Shown: positions 19,482-29,013 of the stretch, piece by piece
How positions within the stretch are numbered: the stretch's first letter is position 1
How the letters are laid out: the number at the start of each line of letters is the position of its first letter
NCBI GenBank assembly: GCA_965203805.1
Contig: OZ241917.1
Location: forward strand, 4,992,001-5,056,000
Direction of reading: 5' to 3'
Source: Candidatus Latescibacterota bacterium
Lineage (GTDB): Bacteria > Latescibacterota > UBA2968 > GCA-2709665
DNA length: 64,000 nt
Position numbers and translations under genes: made by a program
The notes under the pieces: generated by a model
Told to the model about the DNA's origin: nothing
The model's database searches: none
What the model saw: the letters and a program-made list of their open reading frames with translations, nothing else

Positions 19482-21332
19482 ATGAAGAAGGGGCGAACAT
19501 TGTTCACTCGCGCATTCGTCATTCCCTTTGCCGGTCTGATCGTACTGGCTGCCGTCTTTTCCATTGCGGGCCCCGCTCTGGCGGAATGTCCACTCCCAGA
19601 GGGCGCGACGCATCCCGATAACCCGACGGTGACGGCGCGGCAGGTGGAAGACGGAAGCGCTACCGTTGAGGCGTTCGCGCTGGCCGTGAGAGAGCGGTCC
19701 AGAGAATATGCCCGGGGCAGCGCGACCGCCGAGCAAGGGGTATACATCGGATGCATCATCAGGGAGGACGACGGGATCTGGCGTTCCGGATCCACGTACA
19801 TCGTGAGCCTGACGCTCGACGGCAGGGTGTACATTCACGCGAAGAACATGGCATTGTCCGGCAGGCTGCTAAACCCGGTGATCTATGGGACGATCCTTTC
19901 CGCGCTGGGCGTACCCGTAACCACCCTGACCGATATGGCATCCCCCGACCCTGCCACCTCCGCCCAGGCTTTCGGCGCCGTAAATGCCACGTTGTCGCAG
20001 GAACCGGACGGCGCATTCGACGCGACCACCCCGATCCCGGGTCTGTCACAGGGTATACCGGGCGCTACGGGCCATGCCGCCGTCTACGTCTCTGCCAATC
20101 TGGGGTCTCCGATTGTGCTGCTCATGGGATTCGATCTCGACGAATCTCATGTGGTTGAAGAAGAGATCGAACACGGCGACCCTGCCATCACTGCGAAAGA
20201 CGTGGTGGACCGGGAGAGCTTGAAGGCCTTCGTCACGCAAGCGGGAAATTTCGTGCTGGAATTCCTGAGTTCCGGCGACGTAGCCGCCAGCTCGAAATTC
20301 AGGATCGCCCTGCGGGACCCTGACGGGCCCTGGAGACACGGTTCCGTGTATCTCTACATCCTGGATATCGCCAGCAACGTCATCCTGTTTCACGCAGTGT
20401 TTCCGGACAAATACGAGTATCGGCCGTTGATTCCCACAGTCCTTGACGCCGTGACCGGGGAGTTCATCCTGCCGCGGGTCATCGAGGCGGCGAAAGGCAG
20501 CCCGGAAGGCGGCTTTATAGAGTATCATTTCGACGATCCGACGGACGACACCGACCGCGCCGACGTCCCCAAGGTGGGCTACGCCCGCGAATTCGCCGCG
20601 GAAATCCGGAGGCCGGACGGAAGCACAGTCCCGGTTGACTTCATTGTGGGCTCGGGATTCTACGGGCGCGCAGCGGATGTCGCGACGGGTCCCAGCACGG
20701 TCGTGGAGGCCACGGTGATGGGCGACGCGGTCGAGGGGTTGGACGTGGCGTTTGCACGCGCCATCTCCGGCCGCCAGTCCGACTATGCCTGGAGCACCAT
20801 CACCGATGCCGTCGGCCTGTTCTCCCTGACCATCTCCGGCGAGGATGGGGTGAGTGGATATTATCGGGCTCGCGCCACCAATGCCGATGGCGAGGTTGTG
20901 GGCCGGTGGAGCAGCATTCCTCTCAATGAAGGCCGCCGCTAGGTTCTGGAACTGACGCTGGGCGGCGGTGCGAGGGTCGTCCGCGTCGACCCGTTGGGGA
21001 CAGCCGAACCGCTGGCCGCGGGCAAGCTGGCGATCGCGGCAGAGGGCGTGCCTGAAGCCAGCGGTCTGTCGCCCAATTCGCCCAACCCGTTCAACAGCGC
21101 CACCGTGATTACCTACCACCTGGCCGTCTCCGGTCCTGTGCAACTGGTGATCTACAATGTGCTGGGCCAACCCGTGCGGACCCTGGTGGATGCGTCCCAG
21201 GCCGCCGGCGCCTACCAGGTTCGGTGGGATGCGCGCGACGAGGGCGGCGTCCTGCTGTCGACGGGGGTGTATATCGCGCGCCTGAGCTATCCCGGCGGTG
21301 TGCAGACGCAACGATTGCTCTACCTCAAGTAG
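19482..21332 (+). pseudogene. Cache-like/FlgD-CTD paralogue 2, interrupted by an in-frame TAG at 20940-20942
   Basis: Collinear with 17328-19118. CGC TAG GTT CTG GAA aligns with CGC CAG ATC CTG GAA; the frame continues to the TAG at 21330-21332. Confidence 0.8.
21005..21332 (+). repeat. 328-bp near-identical repeat, copy 2
   Basis: Matches 18791-19118. Confidence 0.9.
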
Positions 21333-21364
21333 TACGAGTCGGGTGCGCGCAGGCAACATTCTTC

Positions 21365-21440
21365 TGAGAATCCGTTTGAATACACCTGTTATGCCTTGAG
21401 AATGAGGCATTCGGGGTTTTCGGACGGGTTCTCATTTTTT
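21365..21440 (+). terminator. Long imperfect hairpin with T-tail, copy 2
   Basis: TGAGAATCCGTTTGAA pairs with TTCGGACGGGTTCTCA; inner ATGCCT/AGGCAT. Confidence 0.65.
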
Positions 21441-21517
21441 GTGCGGCTTTGTAACTTCCGTTTCTGCGACCTGACGGTTTGTGGCGCATTTCGAACCCCG
21501 CTGATGCAGGATTGGGC

Positions 21518-21546
21518 TTGACTTTTTCACTGAAGGTCACAATATT
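21518..21546 (+). promoter_or_regulatory. Putative sigma70 promoter
   Basis: TTGACT-N17-AATATT. Confidence 0.4.
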
Positions 21547-21551
21547 GGCCT

Positions 21552-21720
21552 CGCGGTTTCGCAGGCCCTGTCGATTCAGGTTGCCTGCGAGCTCCCTGAC
21601 GACACAGGGGCTCCGCTTACAGATCGATTCGGCGCCCATCAGGGTTGGTTGTTCGTAATCGATATTCGTCGGATTCATGCCGTACGGACGGCAGCCTTTT
21701 GCGGGCTGCCATTTCTTTTT
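21552..21720 (+). ncRNA. Candidate structured leader/attenuator RNA or sRNA of unknown family
   Basis: Hairpins at 21559-21590, 21589-21613 and 21623-21663; terminator 21690-21720 overlapped by an alternative stem at 21678-21693. Confidence 0.45.
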
Positions 21721-21784
21721 CCGGTGCGCGTTGGTCCATAGAACGCGTATACTGAAAGGCACTTCGGTATTTCAGGAGACTCCA

Positions 21785-22888
21785 ATGGACGATCCGGTGG
21801 TTCTGCTCCGTGAAGGAGAGGTGAAATTTCATGTGTTCCGGGGAAGTCCTGTCGAGATGGGCAGGGCTCACGGTTCTCTGGATCCGGCCTTCCTGCGCAC
21901 GCGGCTCGACGAATGGTTGACGTGGCCTCATGATTTCGACCACCCCTACTTTCGGGAGAACATGGCGTTCATGCGACGGGAGTTTCCGGACTTCATGGAA
22001 CGGATGGAGGCGTATGGCGCGGCGGCGGGCATCGAGGATTTCGATCACACTTACTACCTGCATATCGTCAGCACGGGTCGCGAGGAAGAAGCGTGTTCCG
22101 CATTCGGCATCCTGCTTCAGGACGACGGACCGGCCCTGCTGCGAACGTACGATCCCTCCGATGCGGCCGGAACGGACTACTTTCTGAGGGACCGCTTCGT
22201 CGCCGCGTTTCCCGACTGCCGGCCGCATGGTTACGTGGGCATGGGCGGACATCATTTTTGTGTGGTCCACACGTCGTTGAACGACGCCGGCCTGCTGACC
22301 GGATGGGCGTCTGGCGCGCCCAAGTTTCACTGGCCGGACAATCCGGAACACGTCAATCTCTTTCAGATCACGGGACTCGTGCCCCAGCATTGCAGCGACT
22401 GCGAGGACGTTCGCCGCTTTCTCAGCGAATACCGGATCTCCGGGCTCAAGGGCCTTACGGGTACCGCCGTGGACGCCCGGGGAAATATCCTGGGATTCGA
22501 ACTTGAGTCGGGAAATATCGCTTTTCGCGAGCCCGAAGACGACATGGTGCTGGAGGTGAACCACTGGCAGCACCCGCATTTGCAGCGCCCCGCCCGGACG
22601 CGTCAACCGGAATTCTGGACGAGCCCCTATTTCTACAACTCACAGAATCGGGTACAGTACGTGGATTATTTCCGGGAGACTTTCAGACAGATGCGTACGA
22701 TTGAAGACCTGATCGACTTTTCGTTCGACGTGCATGCTCCCGGTCGAATCCTCCAGACGCCCGGCGCAAACATCGCGGACTGGATGACGTCGCATGCGAT
22801 TTTTCTGACCGCGGCCGACCGGAGAATGCGCGTACACCCGTTTCCACTCGACAAGGACAGGTACACCGAAGTCGCCTACTGCGATTGA
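21785..22888 (+). CDS. C45 family autoproteolytic acyltransferase/hydrolase
   Basis: GSPVEMGRAHG, A-C-S processing site, LNDAGL, VNHW; RBS AGGAG. Alternative GTG start at 21821. Confidence 0.8.
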   Translation: MDDPVVLLREGEVKFHVFRGSPVEMGRAHGSLDPAFLRTRLDEWLTWPHDFDHPYFRENMAFMRREFPDFMERMEAYGAAAGIEDFDHTYYLHIVSTGREEEACSAFGILLQDDGPALLRTYDPSDAAGTDYFLRDRFVAAFPDCRPHGYVGMGGHHFCVVHTSLNDAGLLTGWASGAPKFHWPDNPEHVNLFQITGLVPQHCSDCEDVRRFLSEYRISGLKGLTGTAVDARGNILGFELESGNIAFREPEDDMVLEVNHWQHPHLQRPARTRQPEFWTSPYFYNSQNRVQYVDYFRETFRQMRTIEDLIDFSFDVHAPGRILQTPGANIADWMTSHAIFLTAADRRMRVHPFPLDKDRYTEVAYCD

Positions 22889-22903
22889 CCGGAGCATTTC
22901 AGA

Positions 22904-24997
22904 ATGCGTGAGATTCGACGCCTCGCCCACCTGCATATCCCCAAAGATTGGGCGCCGGAAGAAATCGTCCCGGAAGTCCGGAAACTGGGCTTCACGGACC
23001 TGTATTTTTTCGTCAATAAAGTGGAATCCGGCGTCGATATCGGGGGCCTTCGGCTGTCGACGGCGATGGAAGTCGGCAGGTTGGCCGAACGGGAAGGGAT
23101 GGGCGTGCTCGTGAATACGGGGTATATGAAATATCACGAGCAGGTTGTGCTTGCCCATCCCGAGCGACGGATGGTCCTTCGCGACGCCGGCGCCGGAGAT
23201 GGCAGTCGGGAAACCGGTTCGGGGCAGGCGTCCGGCGGGTTGACCGCCGTTGAGGGACGTATCAGGAACGTGAACTGGCTCTGCCCCTTCAATGAGGTCA
23301 ACAAGCGCCAGTACAAGAACGAGTTGCGCAGGCTGGCCGCGATTCCGGCGCTCCGGTTCGTCTATCTGAACGATGAGGGCTTCCTGGGCGCGTACGGCGA
23401 GATGGCCTGTTACTGCGACTTCTGCCGAAAGCGCTTTGCGGACCGATTCGGCGAGGAACCGCCGTCCGTGATCGATTGGAAAGACCCGCTGTGGCGGAAC
23501 TGGATCAAATGGCGGTTTGTGCAGTGGACGGCGGTGCACGCGGAATTTCGTGAGGCGGTCAGGAGCGCGCGTCCCAACCTGGGCGCCGGCATGGCGACGG
23601 CGTGTACCGAGTTGATGGGGATGCGGCCGTGGGCGTCGGCGGTGGATCTCGGAGAGATGAGCCGGGTCCTGGATTCGATGAACACGGGGATTTACCACGG
23701 TGTCACCCGCGGCACCCATCGATTCACGCCGCGTTTTCCGATCGTACTCGACATGGCCTCGATCTTCGTCGGCGCGCTTCAGGGTAAGCCGCTGCGCCTG
23801 GCAGTACAGGCGTTCTGTCCGGGCACCTCGCTGGAAATGACGCGAAAGGACGGCCAGTGGATCGGCATCCTTCCGTACGCGGTCGGCGCGGCGTACGTGA
23901 GCCCATGGTGTTACGAGACCTTGCGGACGTCGCCCGCGCAGTTCGAAGGGTATATGGAATCGCTCCGGCTGGACCGCTATCTGAAAGAGACCGAGCCGGA
24001 AATCGCCTGCGGTCTGTTCCACTCCGTTCAGAGCGAGGTGTGGCGGTATCACGACCTGGACTACGACGAGATGGCCATCCATCCCTTCGCGCGGATGCTG
24101 CGGGACGAGGGCCTGCCGTACGCGTTCGTCTGGGACAGCCGCCTCGATGAGACGGACCTGACCCAAAACGGACCGCTGGTCATGCCGCACGTCTGCTGTC
24201 TGTCGAAGTCACAGAAAGACCTTCTCACAACGTTCCTCGAGGGCGGCGGCGGGATTCTCGGGACGGCGGATCTGGGACTGTATGACGAGGAGGGAGGTCC
24301 CGTTGACGAGGCATTGCCTTCGTGCTGGGGGGTGGCGTCCTCCGGTGACCGGCTGGAGGGCCAGTACCGCCTCGCTCTCACGGAGGCATGTCCGTTCCGG
24401 GAAGACGTCAAGGCTCCGGCCGTCATTGAGAATCCGTACCGGGTCGGCCGCGTCGAAGGGGAAGTGTGGGCGACCCTTGTGGATGCCGATGGCCGCGACA
24501 CAGGGGCGCCCGGTCTGGTGGCGAGTCGCGTGGGTGATGGCAGATTCGTCTATCTGGCGGGCGATCCTGTGGTCCATCACCGCGAACCCGGGTACGAACC
24601 CCTGGTAAAGCTCCCCAACCATACGCGCCGGCTGATCGGAAATGTGATCAGGCTCCTGGCGAGCAGTCCGCCCTGGATTGATGTGGAGGACTTTCCGCCG
24701 GTAACGGCGTACCAGCGCCTTCGGAACTGGGACCGGCGCGGGATCAATACGTTTCAGTTCCTCCCCCAGGTGGGTCCACGCTACGCGATCGCGATTCTCG
24801 CGTCTTACGTCGGCGCGGAGGCGACCGTCCCGATCAGGTTTCGAATTCCCGTCGGAAAACGGCTTTCGCGGATCTTCAACGGTCTGACGGACGAATCCTA
24901 TATGGCGGAAGCGTCGGTCGATTCGGTATTCGTCCGATATCGTCTAAAGATCAGCCACGCGGACGGCGTCATCCCCGTGGTGGTGGAATGGGTGTGA
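22904..24997 (+). CDS. Glycoside-hydrolase-like TIM barrel with a beta-galactosidase trimerisation (GATase-like) domain, GH42-like architecture
   Basis: LCPFN, NDE, CYCDFC Zn motif, W..WIKWR, LVMPHVCCLS..F..GGG...T..GLYDEEG. Confidence 0.65.
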   Translation: MREIRRLAHLHIPKDWAPEEIVPEVRKLGFTDLYFFVNKVESGVDIGGLRLSTAMEVGRLAEREGMGVLVNTGYMKYHEQVVLAHPERRMVLRDAGAGDGSRETGSGQASGGLTAVEGRIRNVNWLCPFNEVNKRQYKNELRRLAAIPALRFVYLNDEGFLGAYGEMACYCDFCRKRFADRFGEEPPSVIDWKDPLWRNWIKWRFVQWTAVHAEFREAVRSARPNLGAGMATACTELMGMRPWASAVDLGEMSRVLDSMNTGIYHGVTRGTHRFTPRFPIVLDMASIFVGALQGKPLRLAVQAFCPGTSLEMTRKDGQWIGILPYAVGAAYVSPWCYETLRTSPAQFEGYMESLRLDRYLKETEPEIACGLFHSVQSEVWRYHDLDYDEMAIHPFARMLRDEGLPYAFVWDSRLDETDLTQNGPLVMPHVCCLSKSQKDLLTTFLEGGGGILGTADLGLYDEEGGPVDEALPSCWGVASSGDRLEGQYRLALTEACPFREDVKAPAVIENPYRVGRVEGEVWATLVDADGRDTGAPGLVASRVGDGRFVYLAGDPVVHHREPGYEPLVKLPNHTRRLIGNVIRLLASSPPWIDVEDFPPVTAYQRLRNWDRRGINTFQFLPQVGPRYAIAILASYVGAEATVPIRFRIPVGKRLSRIFNGLTDESYMAEASVDSVFVRYRLKISHADGVIPVVVEWV

Positions 24998-25029
24998 CGC
25001 GGTTTCGATGTGAAGGGATTGGATGAGGG

Positions 25030-26994
25030 ATGAACTCCGACCCCGGCTTCCGTGCGCCCGATGAGGATGTTCGAGACGGCCTGACACCGCGAGCCCTGCT
25101 GATCGGCCTTGCCCTGTGCGTGTTTCTGGGACTGGTGCTGCCCTACAACCGCATGGTAATCCAGGGCCGGTGGCTGAACGCCTACTTCATAGACCGCGGC
25201 GCGTTGGTGCTCCTGTTCTTTCTGGTTCTGTTCGCCAATCCGCTGATCGCAACGCTGCGGAGACGATTCGCCCTTCACCGTGGCGAATTGCTGGCCATTT
25301 ACGCGATGTTTCTGTTTTTGCTGCCCGTCTCGCAAATGGTCAAGCATCTGATTTCGTACCTGACAGGTGTTACCTATTACGCCTCTCCGGAGCGACGGGA
25401 CCTGGAGGCGGTGCTTCCCAATATCGTCTCCTGGACCGCCCCTCGGGACTCCGAGGTCGTCCGTGGTCTTTACGAGGGGCTGCCCGACGGGGTCCCGCCG
25501 CCCTGGGGAGCGTGGCTCGTCCCCCTCCTCAGTTGGGGCGCATTTCTGCTGGTGCTCCTCGGGGTTCTGATCTGCCTTGCGGTTGTCATCCGGAAACAGT
25601 GGGAGGACCACGAACGGTTCGCATTTCCCATCATGCAAGTCCCCCTGGAGGTGAGCGAGACCCGAAGCGGCAGGGTGGGACGACTCTTCAGGAACCGCTT
25701 GATGTGGGCGGGTTTCGCGATTCCGTTCCTGATCGGATCGATCAACGCGCTGCACCACTACTTCCATACGGTCCCCCGGATCGGTCTGGTCCACGACATC
25801 TGGGTCTTCGGCGGTACGACGCCCTTGCGCCTCAGGCTCCACTTCGCTATTCTGGGGTACTCGTATTTCGTAAATACGGACGTGAGCCTGAGCATCTGGG
25901 TTTTCAACGTCCTCTCCAAGATTGTCCGAGGCGTGCTGGCGGTCCTGGGCGCGGAACGCTACAATGTATCGGGTGTGGTTGGCCGGTTCAGTTCCCAGGG
26001 ACACGCGTCTCTCGCCCTGATGGGCATGGGATACATGATCGTTCTGGCCGCGTACAGCCTGTGGGTGGGGCGCGAACACCTGCGGCAGGTTGCGGCGAGA
26101 GCGATGGGAAGACCGTCGCCGGCGGACGATTCACGCGAAGTGATGTCCTACCGTGCCGCTCTGACTGGAATTGGAGGAGGAACGCTGTACCTGGGAGGCT
26201 GGCTGTATCAGGCCGGGATGTCGCCGCCGGTGATCCTGGTGCTGTTCGCCTCCTGCTTCGTGGTGTTTCTGGTGATGGCGCGGATTGTAAGCGAGACGGG
26301 GTTTGTCACCGCTTACTCACCCATCAACCCCGCGGAGTTCGCGGTGTGCATGGTGGGGTCTTCCGCTTTCAGCCCGCCGGGCCTGGTCACGCTGGGGTTC
26401 GGCTATGCATGGACGATGACACGGACGAGTACGCTGATGCCCCGCGCCGCGGGCGCACTCTGGCTCGCCCGCCGGATACCCCGAAGCAAGGGCCTGGTCT
26501 GGGCAATGGGTCTTGCCCTGGCCGTGGGCCTGATCACCGCGAGCACGATGACGCTCAAGCTCGGATATGCCCACGGCGGTCTCAACCTGGACCGTCACTT
26601 TCTGGACTATGCGCGCCTGCCGTTCGATGCCTTCGTGGGTCGACGCATGCTGGAACCGAGTCCGGTATTCACCAGAGGAATTCTGTACCTTGGATTGGGA
26701 GCCGCCATTGCGGCGCTTCTGGCAGCGATGCGGGCCCGTTTCGTGTGGTGGCCGCTGCATCCGGTCGCGCTTCCCGTCAGCACGATAGCGTATACGGATT
26801 ACTTCTTTATCAATGTCTTCCTGGCCTGGGGGATCAAGAGCCTGGTGTTGAGTTTCGGAGGCGCAAGGCTCTACCGGTCGACCCGCCCGTTCTTCATGGG
26901 TATCATCCTGGGGGAGGCCGTCTGTACCGGGCTGTGGATCGCTGTCGATTACTTCACCGGAACGGTGTCGAATATGTTCTTTCCGTACGCGTAA
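25030..26994 (+). CDS. DUF6785/DUF6784 family polytopic membrane protein, putative transporter
   Basis: GLTPRALLIG, ELL.IYAM, RKQWEDHERF.FP, WWPLHP, many TM helices. Confidence 0.75.
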   Translation: MNSDPGFRAPDEDVRDGLTPRALLIGLALCVFLGLVLPYNRMVIQGRWLNAYFIDRGALVLLFFLVLFANPLIATLRRRFALHRGELLAIYAMFLFLLPVSQMVKHLISYLTGVTYYASPERRDLEAVLPNIVSWTAPRDSEVVRGLYEGLPDGVPPPWGAWLVPLLSWGAFLLVLLGVLICLAVVIRKQWEDHERFAFPIMQVPLEVSETRSGRVGRLFRNRLMWAGFAIPFLIGSINALHHYFHTVPRIGLVHDIWVFGGTTPLRLRLHFAILGYSYFVNTDVSLSIWVFNVLSKIVRGVLAVLGAERYNVSGVVGRFSSQGHASLALMGMGYMIVLAAYSLWVGREHLRQVAARAMGRPSPADDSREVMSYRAALTGIGGGTLYLGGWLYQAGMSPPVILVLFASCFVVFLVMARIVSETGFVTAYSPINPAEFAVCMVGSSAFSPPGLVTLGFGYAWTMTRTSTLMPRAAGALWLARRIPRSKGLVWAMGLALAVGLITASTMTLKLGYAHGGLNLDRHFLDYARLPFDAFVGRRMLEPSPVFTRGILYLGLGAAIAALLAAMRARFVWWPLHPVALPVSTIAYTDYFFINVFLAWGIKSLVLSFGGARLYRSTRPFFMGIILGEAVCTGLWIAVDYFTGTVSNMFFPYA

Positions 26995-27028
26995 GGCGAA
27001 CATGCGGAGTCACGGAACGGAGGGAAAA

Positions 27029-27790
27029 ATGAATTCAGTTGAAACCGCGGAACCGGGCAGCGGCGGGACACCCGCTGTCGAACTGAATCAGACCTGGGAC
27101 ATGGGTCGCCTGGTTGACCTGACTTGCGATTACTTCAACGGCATGCCCGTGGATATGACAGGCACGTTGCCTTCATTCCAGATGCGTGAACTGGACGAGG
27201 AGATGGAGGCCCTTTGCAGGGGTCGCGAGTACCGAAGTTACACCCAGGAAGTCCGGATGTGCGTGCAGGCCGGCAACTATCTGGAAACGGGAGCGCACCT
27301 CTATCCCGATATGGAGTCGGTGGCCGACGTCGGGCTGGAACGGCTGTTCGTATCCGCCGTGGTCATGCATATCCCCAGAGGAAGGGACGAAAAGATAACC
27401 GCCGCCGACCTGGACGGCGCACTGGCGGCGCTTGGCGAGACGGTCCAACCGGGGGATGGTATCCTGGTCGCCACGGGATACAACCGGTTTGGCAGCAACG
27501 ACGTTCGCTGCGAACTGACGCCGCACTTCAGCTACGACGCGATCGACTGGGCGGTGAGTCGAAATCCTTCGATCCTGGCTTCGGATATGGCCAGTTGGCA
27601 CGACGGGGAGGAAGAACCCAGTTTCTGGCCCATGCTCATGAGGTCCGGCGTTCTGGTGATCGGTTCGCTGTTGAACTTGACGGAGATTTCCGCTCCACGG
27701 ATCCGGTTGATTGCCCTGCCGATGAAAATCCGCGGGGCCTGCGCGGCGCCGTGCCGGTTGATCGCCGTAGTTCCATCTCGTGCCCGGTAA
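27029..27790 (+). CDS. Cyclase (kynurenine formamidase-like) family protein with a degenerate metal motif
   Basis: VDLT, GDGILVATGY, LLNL, LIALPMKI.G..AAPCRLIA; QAGNYLETGAH in place of HxGTHxDxPxH. Confidence 0.75.
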   Translation: MNSVETAEPGSGGTPAVELNQTWDMGRLVDLTCDYFNGMPVDMTGTLPSFQMRELDEEMEALCRGREYRSYTQEVRMCVQAGNYLETGAHLYPDMESVADVGLERLFVSAVVMHIPRGRDEKITAADLDGALAALGETVQPGDGILVATGYNRFGSNDVRCELTPHFSYDAIDWAVSRNPSILASDMASWHDGEEEPSFWPMLMRSGVLVIGSLLNLTEISAPRIRLIALPMKIRGACAAPCRLIAVVPSRAR

Positions 27791-27862
27791 ATGGATCTGA
27801 AGTCGCGGGACGGGCGAGAGGCCCGCAGCGCCGGACACACGAACTCACTGGAGGGGGTTGCC

Positions 27863-28993
27863 ATGAGGATTAAGCGGATTTCCGCCCATCGGCTCAGGGA
27901 ATGCGAAATCAGTATGGAGAAGTGGACGCATTTCACGAAGTGGAAGGCGAGCGAGGACTGGATCGAGGACGAAGACTTCGGCAAGAAGTGGATATCTCCC
28001 ACGTGCGTAACTTACAATCCCACCGACGGCCTGGTCTACGTCGGGCTGACCGCGCTGGACAGGGATATCTTCTATACATTCGACCCGCGTACCCACATCT
28101 GGGAATCCCTTAACTATCCCGGCGAGCGGGACCGGTACGGCAGCAAGATTCACCAGGGCCTCGAGGTGGACGACCAGGGCCGTGTGTACGCGGGGGTCGC
28201 CACGCTGGGCGACGCCGATATCTGGCCGAACGCGGCGGGCGGTCCCATATTCAGGTATGATCCACGCAGCGGCGAGTATGAGTTTCTGTGTATCCCGAAT
28301 GAGCACGACTACGTTCAGGGGTTCGTGATGGACCGCAGCCGCGGCATTATCTACGGCGATACGTTTCCTGGAAGAAAGATGTTCCGATACGATATCGGAA
28401 GCGACAGTGCGCGCGTGTTGACCATGCTGGGCGACGTTTCCACCGAACATCTGGCGCTCGACGCGGACGGAGGCGCCTGGCATACGTACGAATTGATGCA
28501 GTGGGCCGGGCGGTACCCGCTTCTCCGATACGACCCGGACCGGGACGAGATCGAATTCACGAACGTGGACCTGCCGGACGTATCGCCCGGAATCAAGGGA
28601 TCCAATCAGATGGATACGGCGCTGCTGACGGAGGACGGGACGCTGTATATCGGCACTACCGCGGGGGCGCTGGTGCAACTGGACCACCGGGGTCCGGAAG
28701 TGAACGCGACGTATCTCGGAAAACCCTACGTCGCGCCGCGTATGAAGGGATTGGTCGAGGGTCCCGACGGGCTGATCTACGGCGTCAGCGGGGGAGACTA
28801 CGACACCCACTTCTTCACGTACGATCGAGGCGCCGGCGTTTTCGACGATCTGGGGCCGATCCGGGATACGCGGGACGGAACGCAATGCTGGCTGGCGCAC
28901 CACATGTGCATGGTGGACGCGAAGACATTCATCGTCGCCGAATCCGACAACCACTTCCGCGCGAGCTTTCTCTTCAAGGTGGAACTGGAGTAG
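27863..28993 (+). CDS. Hypothetical beta-propeller protein
   Basis: Repeated DG..Y.G and F.YDP units; RBS GGAGG. Confidence 0.7.
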   Translation: MRIKRISAHRLRECEISMEKWTHFTKWKASEDWIEDEDFGKKWISPTCVTYNPTDGLVYVGLTALDRDIFYTFDPRTHIWESLNYPGERDRYGSKIHQGLEVDDQGRVYAGVATLGDADIWPNAAGGPIFRYDPRSGEYEFLCIPNEHDYVQGFVMDRSRGIIYGDTFPGRKMFRYDIGSDSARVLTMLGDVSTEHLALDADGGAWHTYELMQWAGRYPLLRYDPDRDEIEFTNVDLPDVSPGIKGSNQMDTALLTEDGTLYIGTTAGALVQLDHRGPEVNATYLGKPYVAPRMKGLVEGPDGLIYGVSGGDYDTHFFTYDRGAGVFDDLGPIRDTRDGTQCWLAHHMCMVDAKTFIVAESDNHFRASFLFKVELE

Positions 28994-29013
28994 GTTCGGA
29001 TAGAGGGAACCGG

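Noticed and set aside
20940-20942. Pyrrolysine or genome-wide TAG recoding
   Set aside because: No pyl genes in the window; the codon aligns with Gln via one C-to-T transition; TAG ends many other genes here
18791-21332. Diversity-generating retroelement TR/VR pair
   Set aside because: No reverse transcriptase nearby; only three differences, all synonymous; both copies lie in the coding frame of their genes
25116-27032. 638-aa alternative-frame ORF
   Set aside because: R/G/P-rich off-frame shadow of the DUF6785 gene
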